Source: Proteromonas lacertae (lineage: Eukaryota). From it: 64,000 nucleotides of DNA. The stretch lies in assembly GCA_002245135.1 (NCBI GenBank), contig NGBS01000609.1:1-64000 (forward strand). The letters are read 5' to 3'. Positions within the stretch are counted from its first letter, which is position 1. Each line of letters begins with the position of its first letter. The notes under the pieces were generated by a model that had not been told where the DNA came from, ran no database searches, and was given only the letters and a program-made list of their open reading frames with translations. Position numbers and translations under genes: made by a program. Of the stretch, positions 12,239-26,355 are shown one piece after another.

Positions 12239-14327
12239 CTATTCTTTACACTTGTTATAATCATCTGGATTATAATCATAATAGTAATCATTATAATCTC
12301 TTGTAACACTTTTATGTTCAATAATATTTCTACGACAATAACATGGAATACTATTTCTAATGATTAATGAACATTTATCTCTGGGATTATACTTTCTTAT
12401 CACCGGATATTCATTATTCAAAATATCATCTAATTTATTTTCAACTTTGGAATAGAATTTTAATATTATCGCTGGATGTATATGCCATGTATTATCATAT
12501 ACCATATAATCATCAATTACACATGAACATATATCATTTACACATAGTTCATTTGTTACATTTATTATATGATAGTTTGGAATATTTAACATTGGAAAAT
12601 AGTTTATAAATGTTGAGTTTATTCCATTTATTGTATAACATCTTGGTAATTTTCTTGTTATACATTCTCCACATACACAAAAATCTTTATTCTTTCGAGA
12701 CATTGGATGGTTAGTAAATGTTATTATTATATCACTTCTTTTGCTTAATGAATAAACAAATTCTTTATATATTTCTACAAATGTGTCATATGTATTAGCT
12801 AGTACATATGTGTAAAAACTAAATACTGGAATTATAATATGAAAATATGAATTAATTTCTGTAAATTTTCTAACCACAAAATCTGCATTTGCAATAAAGA
12901 TAAATCTTAAAGTCAAATTTCTAACATAAGCATACTTTCTTAGAATCCATAACCATTGAACTGCATATGAATCTCCTATTACTAATACTGATTGTTTTGG
13001 ATTGTAATTCTTTGGATAATATTTACAAAAATCACATATAATATCTCCAAAATATTTAAATAATAAATATTGATCATATATATCAATTTTTGTATAATTA
13101 ATTGGTTTATCAAAATTGTGTAAATGTAATGGAATAACTCTTTCAACATAATCATCTGGTTTTGATATAATTGATAATATATAATCAGATATCTTGTTTT
13201 CTAATGAATTTACTAAGATAGGATTATATTCCAATAATTTATGATGATAATAATCATATTTTATAATAAATATATAAACATTTACAAAAGGTATTAAAAA
13301 CAAAATAGTATTCATCATTAAAAGTTGAATTTGAGATATTCTTAGCTTTTGAATTCTTTTATCATATATTTCATATAACAATATGCTTGAAATAAATATA
13401 ATTAATATTTTTAAATACTTATTATTTGTCGGCAATAATTCAATCAAAGGATAATGAACTAGATACATCACATAAGAACATTTGCCTATGTATTTAATTA
13501 TTCTGTTATTCATAATTATATTCTTCATCTCTTTATGACTGATTATTAATAAACTTATAATTATTATGCAAAATAACATAATCTGATTAACAATTACTTT
13601 TTCAATGTTTGATATAATCAAATCACCAACAAAATGAAATGCAAATAGAGAAATTGAAAACAATAAACATAATACATATTCATTTATGTTGTTTTGATAT
13701 TTGGATAGTTTTAACAATCCACCTATATTTAATTCAAACATACGATAAAATAATGAATAATATACACTAATATCATCATAAATAAACATAATTTTTAAAC
13801 CATAAGTAAATGATAAGAGTATCAACACAGTCATTAAATACACTGATGTTTTCTTCAATATAAACAAAATTATTGGATATATTAAATAATATTGAAACTC
13901 TATTGATAATGACCAATAATTTAATATAGCACTAGGATGTAAATTACTAAAATAATCTTGTTTTATACTTATGAAATACTGATTTGATAAGAATAACGAA
14001 CTATAATAAATATCATTGAAAATAATTGGATTTGTACTATTTTGGTGCATTTTATATATAAGATAAAATAATAAGACTACACAAGAACATGGTAATATTC
14101 TCTTCAAACGACTATTTATGAAATTAAAATATGAATTTATGGACATATCTATATTTGATTGCAGTGATTGCAGTTATGAAATATCCTGATATAAGAAAGA
14201 AAATATCTACTCCCATATAGCCATAATTGAAATATTTGAAATGAAGATGGAATAATAACACAAATAGTATTGAATATCCTCTCAATCCATCAATATGATG
14301 GATATACTTTTTATTTTTGTTTATCAT
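12239..14327 (-). CDS. Acyltransferase-3 + SGNH domain O-acyltransferase (OafA/OatA-like), intronless, one frameshift near 14150-14170
   Basis: IDGLRG...LFH, GYMGVDIFFLISGYFIT, RLKRILP, YWSLSIEFQYY, VIGDSYA, DNTWHI motifs. Confidence 0.9.
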
Positions 14328-14537
14328 TGCTGTATATTTCTTTAAAATAAAAAAAAATCAAATTAAAAAACGGATATAATATTGGTAAAGATAATAATGA
14401 AGCTAATGGTGTATTTTATACTGTAAACAGTTCTTAGTAAGTTCTATATTACAATAATTTCATATTAAGACTGTAAATGCATTATTTCATTTAGGCGAGT
14501 AATTTATCTCATCTTTGTTATATTAATAAATTACTAA

Positions 14538-15217
14538 ATGAAATATTCGATTATATATTTACTTCTATTTTTGTTTATCAAATTATCAGTTATGCAATCG
14601 AACATTGTATATAATCCATCCATTATATAACGAAAATATATTAGGGGCTTATAGATTTTTTGACACCTTAGTTAATTATTCAATTATCTGGAATAGAAAC
14701 ATAGATTTGCTTTTATAGATGTTGTGTGAAATATGAACCAATAGTGAATAATTATGCAATTAATACTTGGGAAGATAGATTTTATGATATTTTATTATAT
14801 TTGAAATATGAGGATTTAAACAAAACAAACGAAGGAAATAATCTATATAATGAGTTATCGAAAGATTATAGAATTAAAGTAATTAAGTATGGAAATTATA
14901 AGTTGAATGAGTTGTTTAAATATTCAAATCAATCAAAATTTGTTTTATATTTCTCATTTTATGATATAAATCCTTCTGCATTAATGGAAATACAAAATAT
15001 GGGAGTGTTTGTAATAACATTTCAAAATGAATTAATTGATAAAAATAATGGTATTTTTCTTCCAGAATTGGAGTATAATATTACAGAAGCAGTGAAGAAA
15101 ATAGGGATAATAACTCAGAGCAAATATGATAGTGTATATTTAGCTAACTATAACAGAAAGAAACATGATTGCATTAATTCGTTCAAAATGTTTTTAGATC
15201 AAGTAAATGTAAACTAA
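14538..15217 (+). CDS. Glycosyltransferase-like (GT-B C-terminal) secreted or membrane protein; 5' structure uncertain
   Basis: Hydrophobic N-terminus MKYSIIYLLLFLF; SKFVLYFSFYDINPSALMEIQNMGVFVI resembles the GT-B nucleotide-binding segment. Confidence 0.45.
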
Positions 15218-15440
15218 ATTTTCAGAGTATTCAATTGTATTTTAATAGAATATTTATATATCTCATCCTATTTTAAATATTAGAATAAATACATGTTTTT
15301 AATAGGAATATAGCAATTATGCAATATTATCGTTTTTATGTTATTTACTATGCGTGTGTGTAGGTGGTGGTAAAAAAAACATATTCTATTCAAATTAATG
15401 TAATTTAGTCAAAATGATATATAAATATATCAATTACTGT

Positions 15441-16160
15441 TTATCTCAACTGCTTTGAAAAATATTTATTAATTATATAATCCCTCTTCTTCTTTAGTGA
15501 ACAATACATACAATAACAACCATTCTCATAAGAAAATCTACATTTTGATCTGTCACATAAGCATCTATAGCAATGTGTTGGTATCTCTGGAGTAATATCC
15601 CAATCTCTTAACATTATACTGATTGGGATATTTAGAGAGCACCAAAAACAAATATATGGTTTGTTTTGAATAGTTGGTTTTGTATCCTCACTATATATAA
15701 ATAAATAGTTCTTGTCAAATTCATTATTACATTTATAACATGTCTCTTTTTTGCCATAATTCTTCATGCCTCTCAAAGCTCCTTTTGATTTTAATATATT
15801 TTCTCTTCTTTTTTTCGAATTATATCTTCTCTTGTAAATTAAACAACCATTCTTCTTTTTACTTACTTTATTCAGTTTTGATTTATTTTTTTTAACTTTT
15901 ACAGGTTGTAGATTTGGAACTGTTACTCTAAAGCTATGGCTTTGATCCAAACGTGAATTAGATTCACATAATTGGCTATTAAGTGCGTTTAATCCTTTCA
16001 GTTCATCTAATTGATTATTGTTTTCAAGTATATGTTGTTGCTCTTCTTCAGTTGGCTGATTATTAATTAATCTATTTGTAATTTCTTCAACTACAAAGTC
16101 TAAAGAGTTTTTACTAGGTATAATATCATCTAATAGTTCTAATATATCTGGCTTTGACAT
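15441..16160 (-). CDS. Intronless basic protein with several CxxC pairs (zinc-binding orphan)
   Basis: CYKC, CFWC, CYRC, CMYC motifs; Lys-rich middle. Confidence 0.65.
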   Translation of the reverse strand: MSKPDILELLDDIIPSKNSLDFVVEEITNRLINNQPTEEEQQHILENNNQLDELKGLNALNSQLCESNSRLDQSHSFRVTVPNLQPVKVKKNKSKLNKVSKKKNGCLIYKRRYNSKKRRENILKSKGALRGMKNYGKKETCYKCNNEFDKNYLFIYSEDTKPTIQNKPYICFWCSLNIPISIMLRDWDITPEIPTHCYRCLCDRSKCRFSYENGCYCMYCSLKKKRDYIINKYFSKQLR

Positions 16161-16621
16161 TTATAAGGGAATTTTAACCAATAAATATGTGGTTTTTAAA
16201 AAGTTCGCTTTTATTCATTCTATTTTTTTATCATCTAAATGTACATTAATTTAAAAGGTTTTGAAGTAATAGAATCTACTGATATATATATATTTCTATC
16301 TCTACAAGACTAGCTATTTTCATTGCTCCTTCAAGATATGATATTACCATTATCCCCATCCTAATTCATAGTAATATAGTAATCGAATATAATAACAAGG
16401 TAACTAACCACTGTAAGGGAGTATCAAGATATTCCTATTAATCTTTAAAAACTATATATAATTGTGTATATTTGATAATTGTTATTTTTATAAATGCTTA
16501 ACAAATGTTAATAGGATTAAAAATGATAGAATAAGTAATACATCGATACAATGTATTATCCTGTATTATCTATAAATCCCTATATACAAAGAATTATAAC
16601 AATAAAATAATAATAAAATTC

Positions 16622-19600
16622 TTAATTCTGATTTTGGTTCAAAATCCATTGGTATAACATAGTTGTCTTTTCATCATCGAGTATATAATCGTATTTCTGT
16701 AAATACTGCAATATTGAGACAATCAAAGGAATATTATGAGAGGATGAAAATGAAATAATAAAATGGTTTTCAAATTTCAACCTATTCTCAGGCAATACTT
16801 CATATCTTGAATTTAACGGAATTGTTGTTATTAATTCATTCAATTTCTCTACAATATATACATTAAATATATATATATATATACTATTAGCAAGACAAAT
16901 GAACCTAGAAAATATTCCAAATAACCTTTGATTTGTAGATTCAACACAATATAATAACTTCAATTCATTTCCATATTTCTTTACTGTATCTTCTAATAAA
17001 TTATATAATAAACATTCATTATCACTATATTCATATATTCTATTCTTATCAATTATTCTTTTGTATCTACAACTCTTATAATCATCTTCTGAGCCGAAAT
17101 AAGTAGTATTTACTGTTGAGACAATATTATTCACTTTATTTAATCCCTATTCATAATAAATAATAAATAATAAATAATAAATATATGATATTATATACTT
17201 CAACAATTCTATCTTTACTAATTATTGATTTTATTCCTCCTAATATTCCACTGTTTTTATCATCACTATTTCCTCCTCTTCTTTTTCCATGCTTCTTTTC
17301 ATAATATGATGGTGGAGGAGGTGGAGGAATGTTCAAAGATGATTGATTTCTTGATCTTGTTATTGAATTATTAATAGCTGAACTTAAACCATCTGTAAAT
17401 ACATCCACTGAATTCAATAATCCTTTTGCAGTAGAATGTAATAGTTTACCTGCACCTCTTGTTATACTTGTAGTTTTACCTATGAAAGATTTGTCTTTAA
17501 AATCATCTAATTCAGATCTAAAGTCTTGTACACCTTCTCCTATACTTTCTATTAAACTAACTGGATTTCCAATTAACGATAAACTTCCACCTAAACGGAG
17601 TAAACTCTTCATAACTGCGTGTAAGTAATATTTCTGTAAAGTTTTGTATATGTGAACACTTGTACAATATAAGTTTCTATTATCATAGGCTGTGAATGAT
17701 AATGAGCTTGATTTTATGTTTCCTAATAATGAACCACCAAATGATAAGAAGGATAAATATTTCCCCCAAAATGGTTCTTTTTTCAATAATAATTCAATAT
17801 TTGCATTTCCAATTGAACATGAGAATATTGTTTTGATTTCTTCAATCCTGAACACTTCAACAAACACATAAGCAATATCAAATGCTAGTGGATCAAGTAT
17901 AACATGCCTATTTATGCAAATAATAATAATAGTAATAATAATAATTAATACGGATCACTATATATAAGTAATTTATGGAATGAATCTTCTTCTATCATAT
18001 CGATGATATTTAAACTTTTGATATATTCAATGATATAAACAATGAATTCCCAGTTTATATTGACAATAATAGGCTATTTATACAATATAGTAATAATAAT
18101 AATATATACATTTATATTGACAAGAATCTTCTTAAACTTATTATTATTCAAATAAGAACAAATCAACTTAAAGAATGGTTCTTTAAATTTCATATTCTTA
18201 TGCAATAGCATAGGATATAATTTATTATCCCGTCGATTATCAGCAATTTCAATCGTATCAATTTCAGATTCAATTGTCAAAGTATTAGATTGAATTGTAT
18301 GTAATTTGAAGTTAGTAACCAAAATAGAAGCAACTTCTTGTGGTAAATTATCAATAAATGAAACACATATTTTTGGGATATTTATAGCTATATTTCTATC
18401 TTGAATATTTGGCTCACAATTTGTCTTAAAGAAATTTGTTTTTAGTAATTTCTGACTATTTCTTATAATACTTGAATAGATTGTTATTTGATAAATTGCT
18501 TGTAATTGTTTCATTTCAATTAATCCTTTTTCTTTATTTTCACATTTTATAAGTCTATAATATAACTGTACTGGTATTAATTGACAGTTATTTTGATCTG
18601 ATGTTAAATTTGGATTTAAATTGACTGTAAGTATTGAATTACTACTCTTTACATTGATTAAACCACTTAATACCTCTTTTCCATCTTTATTTTCAAAGAC
18701 TATTTTCATTTCATCATCATTACAATCTTCAATATAAATAATAGAGAAATAGAATAATCCGCTTTCATCAGATTTTATTTCATAAATATTCTCTTTGTTT
18801 ATTATTCTACATGTCAAATAATCATTACATAAAAATCCTTTGATTTGCAATAAATCAATAATTATATTCTTATATTCATTATTTCTACTTGAATAATCAT
18901 GAATATCTCTCGTCTTAAACTCATTTTTAATAATGAATATTTGTTTAGTGTAATTATCAATCACATTTTTTAATACTTTATTATCATGACTGTATTCTAA
19001 TGGTTCAATAAATATAGTTTGTAAATTCAATTGTATATCAGTTCTAATACGAATTGGATTTTTACCGCTATCATTATTATTTGTTGGAATATATTCATAT
19101 TGCTGTTTATTAATATCATATTTATAATGATATATAACATTACTACATATCTTTATCTTTTCATCCAATTCTATATTTATTGGATATAAGTAAATATCGA
19201 ATAAAATAGTGGATGAACTGAAGAAAGTGTAATGTTTTTGTTGATATGGGAATAGTAATTGACCTGGATCAAAACTTGGAGGTTTTATGTTATTCTCAAC
19301 AATATAAACATAATAATTGGGTAATAGATTATGAATAATTGTAGAAGAATCAACTTTACTACAAATATTCACATCTAAAACATTTGTACCAATCTTAGCA
19401 TAATATGTCAATCTACAATACATTTTGGATTTACTTTCATTATTATATAATCTTATAACTCTACTGATTTCAGGATGATTCAAATAATTGGATTTATAAC
19501 TATCACCACCATTCTTTACAGTTAATGAATTATGAATATTTTGTTTATAATATTGAAAACAATGATGTGCTTCAATCGCAGAAATGCTTTTTTCAGTGGA

Positions 19601-22600
19601 TATTTCAATAGGAATTGAGTTATTGTTGAAAACAGCATAATATGATTGAATAGAGATGATATAAGTAGAAGAATAAATACCTGGTCCTTTTCTACAGGAT
19701 AGCAAAACATCAAAATATTCTTTTCTTTTACTACGAAGTGTATATTTTTGAACAGAATTTTTAATATCTTTGATTTCCAATGGTTTTATATCTTTTAAGT
19801 CAATATTTTCATCTAATGTTAATGACAATAATTGATTCGATGTTTTAGGTAAATAATCACATAAACAAAGATTATTCTTATTGTTTAGCAAATGTCTCTT
19901 TTCTGGAAATTCATATTCATTTCTAGAATATACTTCAATATCATGAGATTCTAATTTAAAAACAGATTTCTTTTCAGAATGTTTAAAGACAATTGAATAT
20001 ATATCCAAACCACTATGATTCAATAATAACACTGGTGTGGTGATCTTTAGAAAAGGTGAATTAGAGAACAGCTTTTTTGACCATTTCAATCGTAATATGA
20101 AATTATTTCTTAATTTTGAACTATATAATTCACATATTCCATTCTTCTTTAAGAATTTAGTTGATACTTTTGATTCTTCAGTGAATAGTGAATAATCAGC
20201 AACTAATTCAGGACAACTTATACTCACTTGATAAGCAGCAGATGAGAATGATTTCAAATATAAAAGAGGTATTTTCTGTTCAGGTAAAATAATAATTTGA
20301 GTGATGATTTCTCTTGTTTTTGGATGTGCAATTCTTACATTCAACGGATATATAAATCCATTTTCAATACATATAATTGGTGATAATATGATTTTATACA
20401 ATACAAAACCACCTGTACAAGTTGTTCTATTCACTTCTATTGCAACATATCTTTGTGATGTAATTTCTGAATAATCTTCTTCTATAAAACTACTAATTAA
20501 ACTTAATTCATTCGGATGAATAATCACTTGATGATTCATTTCTTTCATTACTATTCTTTCTACCTGTTGTTGTATTAGTTGTAGCTGTTCCTGGAATTAA
20601 TAATTCTTCATAAGTCTCTGCTTTATTTCCTTTAATATGATAGTGATCAAATAATCCAATATAAGAAGCAATTGGTCTACGGAAATATCCATTTTCTAAT
20701 TCAAATTTAGCTGTATTATTCTTCGTATATAAGACAGGCATACCACATGAATGTAATGGTTCAATATTTGTTTCAATTGTTACAGTTTTCTTACCATAAA
20801 CACTACAAGTCACTTTTACTGGCTTTGTAAAATGATTTACAATAACATATTGACTAGTTAGGGTTAAGACTTTTCCATCTGGAAATGTATCGATAGATGC
20901 AAATATTGTTAAATGTTGATTTCCATACTTTAATGAATGTGAAGATGGTTGATTATCGTCTAATCCTATATATACATTTCTATTACCCATTATTCCACTT
21001 CTTTCTATTTCTTCTTTCTCTTTTTCTTCATGCTTCTTTATTATCACTTCTATAGGTAAATAACAACTTTCTATTATTGTAATAATTAGATTCAATTGAT
21101 TGAGATGGATAAGATAAACAGGGAATTGTGATTAATTGCCTTTCATTTATCAATTGCCAATCGTATGATGGATAATATGAATATTTTATTATATCAGAAA
21201 GTGGATTGAGATTATATGGAGGTTTTATAATGGAAGTTGAAATTGGTTTTTCTTTTGTTTCAAGTAATGGAATTATATTCTTTATAATGACACTTGTATC
21301 TTGAAAATCGAATATTTTTATATCAATTAATATTATTTCATCCTTTTTTCTATCTTTTTCTTCTTCTTCCTTTTTTCCCTTTTCTTCTATATCTCTTCTA
21401 CCATTTTCTATACAATGGAAATGTATTATATCATCCTCCCAATCTATATTATTAATTTCATACTCTTCAATTTCATTCAACATATAATTAGTGATAATCA
21501 ATCTATACTCATCAATAGTATATGTTATAATATAACTATAATCATTTCTATTGATTATTCCCCTTGAAGTATATACTTTCTTAGATATTCTAGATTCAGG
21601 TAAAAATCGAATTTCCTTCTGGAAATCATGTAAAATTCCATTCATTTCAGATAATGAACAATAAAGAGGAATATTCAATTGATTATCAACATGAATAAAC
21701 ATGTTTGGCTCAATATTATAATAACTATATTTATAATTCTTCTCCTTATCTTGAGTCAAAGAATGAATCAATGAGTTTGTTATATTTATATTGATTTTAT
21801 CAGTGATATTAAACACCACATCTAATTGATAATGTATTCGCTAAACTTTCAATATTACAATGACCAGAAAGTGGTGTTTTATCCACAAATGGTTCATATA
21901 TATTTTGGTTAGTGTTATAATAATAACAAGCAATAGAACAAAATATATTCAATGATCTTGATTGAATCATTGATAAAACAACTTCATTAATTGATATACA
22001 TACTGGAATATGAAGTGTTGGATAATATTGAATTACTATTCCAGGAGTGGTAAGTGTTAAAGACACTATAACATTACTATATCTATTAATAATTGGAATA
22101 AACTGATTGAATGTAGGTATTCCTGGAGTATTTAATGTTGGATTGGCATTATGATTATTATTAGAATCATTATTATTATTACTATTATTGTTAGATTTAT
22201 CGTATTTCGTTTCTATTGGAATTGTCATTGAATTTGATCTATTATATGTTTTAGGAGATGTTAATGGTGAAGCTAATTCAGGATTATTTGCATTTTTATT
22301 ATTATGTTTCTTTTTAGATGAATATCTTTGCTGCCATACATCATCTGGTATATATTCATGAATTAATTTCTTTAATATTGATAAATCATATTCGTTGATT
22401 AATATATCCAATTTATCACTACCTTCAAATGTTATATCGAAATGAGTTGAATCTGTTAATTCACTAGTTAGATAAAAGCCACATGGTTTTACTATATATT
22501 CAAATGAATTGTTATTATTATGGTGATGAGCAAATATTCTTCTACAATCCAATAAGAACAGTTCAATATATATTTTATTACTAAGTTTGGGATGGATTGT

Positions 22601-24032
22601 CATATTAGAACTACTGGTTAGTTTTATATCTAATGAATAACTACTTGCTGGGATAAGAATTGTTAACGATTCTAACTTATAATTAACATTAATTGTTTGA
22701 AAAGTTATAGCTTTTTTACTTTTCAATTTTTCTCTTTTTCTTCTTTGATAATTATTCACAAAATTGTATATTATCTCAACATTCCTATGATATTGGTAAT
22801 AAAATATTTCTGGATATGGCTTTGGAGTGAATATAATATTATTTATCCTTGCATCAACACTTAGAGTATTTTGAAGTGACTTGATAATTAACATTTTGAA
22901 GAATAAACTAAAATTATCTTTCTCACTACCAATGGTCAATATTTTGTCTTGATTATTTGCTAATAGACTGATATAACCTAATTGTAGTTGAGTGTAATAA
23001 GCAATATTGTTATTGTTATATCTACCACTAATACTATTACAATATACAATAAATAAACAATTATTCTGATATATTAATGAATTACTTGGAACTAAAGATT
23101 GAATAACAAAGTCTTTATTGAATAATGATAAATTGAGTGAAGATATTGTTAATTGATTTTCACTATCAATATGTAGATTTTTAATTGCTTTATCATATAA
23201 TATTTTCATATTTGCTTCATAGATTAATGAATAAGAATATAGTACAATTGGTAAATATGTTCCATTTTGAGTATTCTGTAATAATTCTGGAATAGATATA
23301 ACTATAGAAGATGAAGTAACTTCTAATTGCAATTGATTGTATGATTTCTTATATATTTTCATTTCTTTATGATCTTCACGTAAGTGTAAATAGATTTGTG
23401 ATAATAAAGTGTTGGTTAAACCATAGATGGGAGATGGAAAAACGAAATAATTGTATAAGAAAATATAATCATCAAATAATATTGATAGAGTTAATCCTCC
23501 AATACTATTAATATATATATATATATATATTATATACTTTACTTTAACACTATGAGCTGTACTGTCATTATTAGGATTGTCCTGATGTATGAATATAAAT
23601 GGAGTTTTGATCTTTTCATTATTATTATTATTATTTTGACCTGTTAGTATCATTTGATTACTTGAATTTTGTAATGAAATATCAAATAATCTTCCCCAAG
23701 TCTCTTGTGTTGATTGTTTATGATTGGCATAATATGAAATGTGATGTAAAGTTAATTGAAATGGATTATCACTTACTATAATATAATAATAATAATATAT
23801 ACGATTATCTTTATATAATTTAACATTTACACTTGGACAATATATATAAATTGATCTTTGAATGTCATTCTCTAAACATATTTCCCAATAACTTTTAGTA
23901 TTTAATGATGATTCATAGGATTCGTATAATTCTTTTTTCATTTCTTCAGACCAATGCCATTCTTCTTTTTCTTCGTTATTTTGTTGAGATGAACTTCCAA
24001 TAAACCAAGACCAAAGTGATACATTATTCTAA

Positions 24033-24076
<44 letters not shown>

Positions 24077-25652
24077 TTGAGGTCTATGTGATTGTTCAAT
24101 TTCAATTTCTTTTAATGCAATTTTTCCTATACACTAAAATCTCTTTTGATTCAAAATCATTTTCCAAATCTATCATTTGCAATTCTTCTAGTTTTGTCAA
24201 TGGATTTAACCATTCTACATTCTGTTTTCGTTTGTATAATGAAATATAATGATTTCTCTTTTCTTTATGTTCAATATAATTAATATTCTTAATCTTGGAT
24301 TTACAAGTCCTTATTTCTCTTATAACACTTTTTACAGCAAATTTCCACCATAAATGAGGTTACAAAACAAAACATTTAAATTAAAAAAAGCTTAGATAAA
24401 ATATAAAAAAGATATATTCTCTATAATACTAACATTTGGATGAAATAACACATACTTTTCTTTATGAATCAAATTACTTACATATAAAATACAATTCTGT
24501 ATTGAATTATAGACTGGTTGGCATATATATATTTCAATAGGAGATATATGATAAATCATTGTAATTGGCTGTAATATTCTATCTCTTATTATTATATACA
24601 ACTCAATTATTTCTATCGCTCTTTTTCTATCATATTCTTTATCTTTTTCATCAAATATTTTCATAAATTTTTGTTTGATTTGACTTGATGTCAGTGTTAT
24701 TACATTCTCAGGAATTGAAATGAGTGTTTAGTATATCGAATACAATTGTTTCTGTCATATTTGGCTGAATTATTCCTAATTCATATTGAATTGATGATAA
24801 TATGGTTTTGATAGTATGTTTTCGCAATTCTCTTTCATTATTATTCACCTTTATTAAACCATCGGCATGAATTGGACTAATTATTGGATATTGAATAGTC
24901 TTGGAAGGATTTGAATAAGACCTATTTATATAGAGAATAAATTAATTCAATTTATACACTTCAATATCAGAGACTTGAATTGACTTTATAAATTCATTGG
25001 GATTAGTTGATGGCTCATTATCAAGGGATAAAATTACTCAAAATACCACTGACAACATATGGATTTGAAGGATTTGAACTAAGTATGTATAATAACACAT
25101 TATTATATACTAATTATCTTCAAAATTAATAACAAAACTATGAACTGATATAGATAGGTTGTGTAACAAGTTAGTAAGAAAGGAACTCCAAAATGAACTC
25201 ATTTCTACTTCTTTTGAGGATTTGTAATACTGTTTCTCGTAACTTTCCATCGCTTCTAACTTGCTTCGTTTTAATTTTTGGTCTATATCTTCTTCACTAA
25301 CAAAATTATATGAAAAATGATCTTCCACAGACAATGTCAGTTCAATTTTGTCAATTTCTATACTAATACTCTGACTGCTAAAAATTCCCCAACTTATCTA
25401 TTTATATAACTCACTCTATATACTAGAACTTTCAGATTCTTTATTATTCCATATTTCACTTTAAAGGGAACATTCAGATCATCAAATAACGATTTTTTGA
25501 TTGTCTATTTAACATATACATGCAAAGTATACTAAACTAGGTAAATTAAGCTCTCCTGACAATATAGAAAATCTTAACTCTTCCTGTGTGATATTCTCAC
25601 ACAGAAACGATAGGAGAGATGATAGTTTAACACTTATATACTCTTCAAACAT
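16622..25652 (-). CDS. VPS13: VPS13-family lipid transfer protein (divergent, multi-exon, several apparent frameshifts)
   Basis: Chorein-N start MFEEYISVKLSSLL...LRFSILSGELNL; YYNTNQNIYEPFVD; C-terminal GGSLSLIGNPVSLIESIGEGVQDF. Confidence 0.85.
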
Positions 25653-26077
25653 TACAAGAATATTTTTTCATAGCCCCAATTTATTTTTGCATAACCCTAA
25701 TTTTAATTTCTATTTTTTAAGAATAAAAGAATTAAGGATAATAGAATATACAACCATTAATCAAAAGATTAAAAAATAATAAAATAATAATAATCATTAA
25801 AAGTGGATTAATAATGATATTCTAACCAAAATCCTTTAAACGAATAAAATGAGAAAGTCACAACATAAAATAAATAAGCAACAGAATGTTCCAAGCACTA
25901 ACAGCAATATTAATAAGCAAAGTAAATCAAAAGTTAAAACACATGATAATCACCTTTGATATTAGAAATTTTACTGAAAACTAATATTACATTGATTTAT
26001 GGTTTACTATTGATTAATGGTTTAATTTGCTAAACCCAAACTCTTTAAATTTCTCTTTTACCAATTAAAATAAGTAC

Positions 26078-26335
26078 TACACAATTCCAAAGAATAATGA
26101 TAAGATATTATATGTATTATTCTATGAATGGCCAAAACACAGTGATAGTAAATTGACATTAACCATTCCCAAAGCAACAGATAATACTAAGATTAGTTTA
26201 TTGGGAGATAAAAAAGGATATAAATTTACAATTGAAAATAGTGAAAGCGGTATGATAATTCATTTCCCAATATTTGAATTTGATGATATTCCTGATACCT
26301 TTGCTTATGTGTTGAAATTATAAAATGTGAATTAA
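26078..26335 (+). pseudogene. 3' fragment of the alpha-L-fucosidase gene (inverted duplicate)
   Basis: Near-identical to reverse complement of 45566-45823; GAA to TAA change in LKLENVN gives a premature stop. Confidence 0.9.
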
Positions 26336-26355
26336 TTTTCTAATAATAATGAGTA

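Noticed and set aside
24038..24076. (TA)n tracts here and near 58450-58487
   Set aside because: Simple microsatellites inside introns
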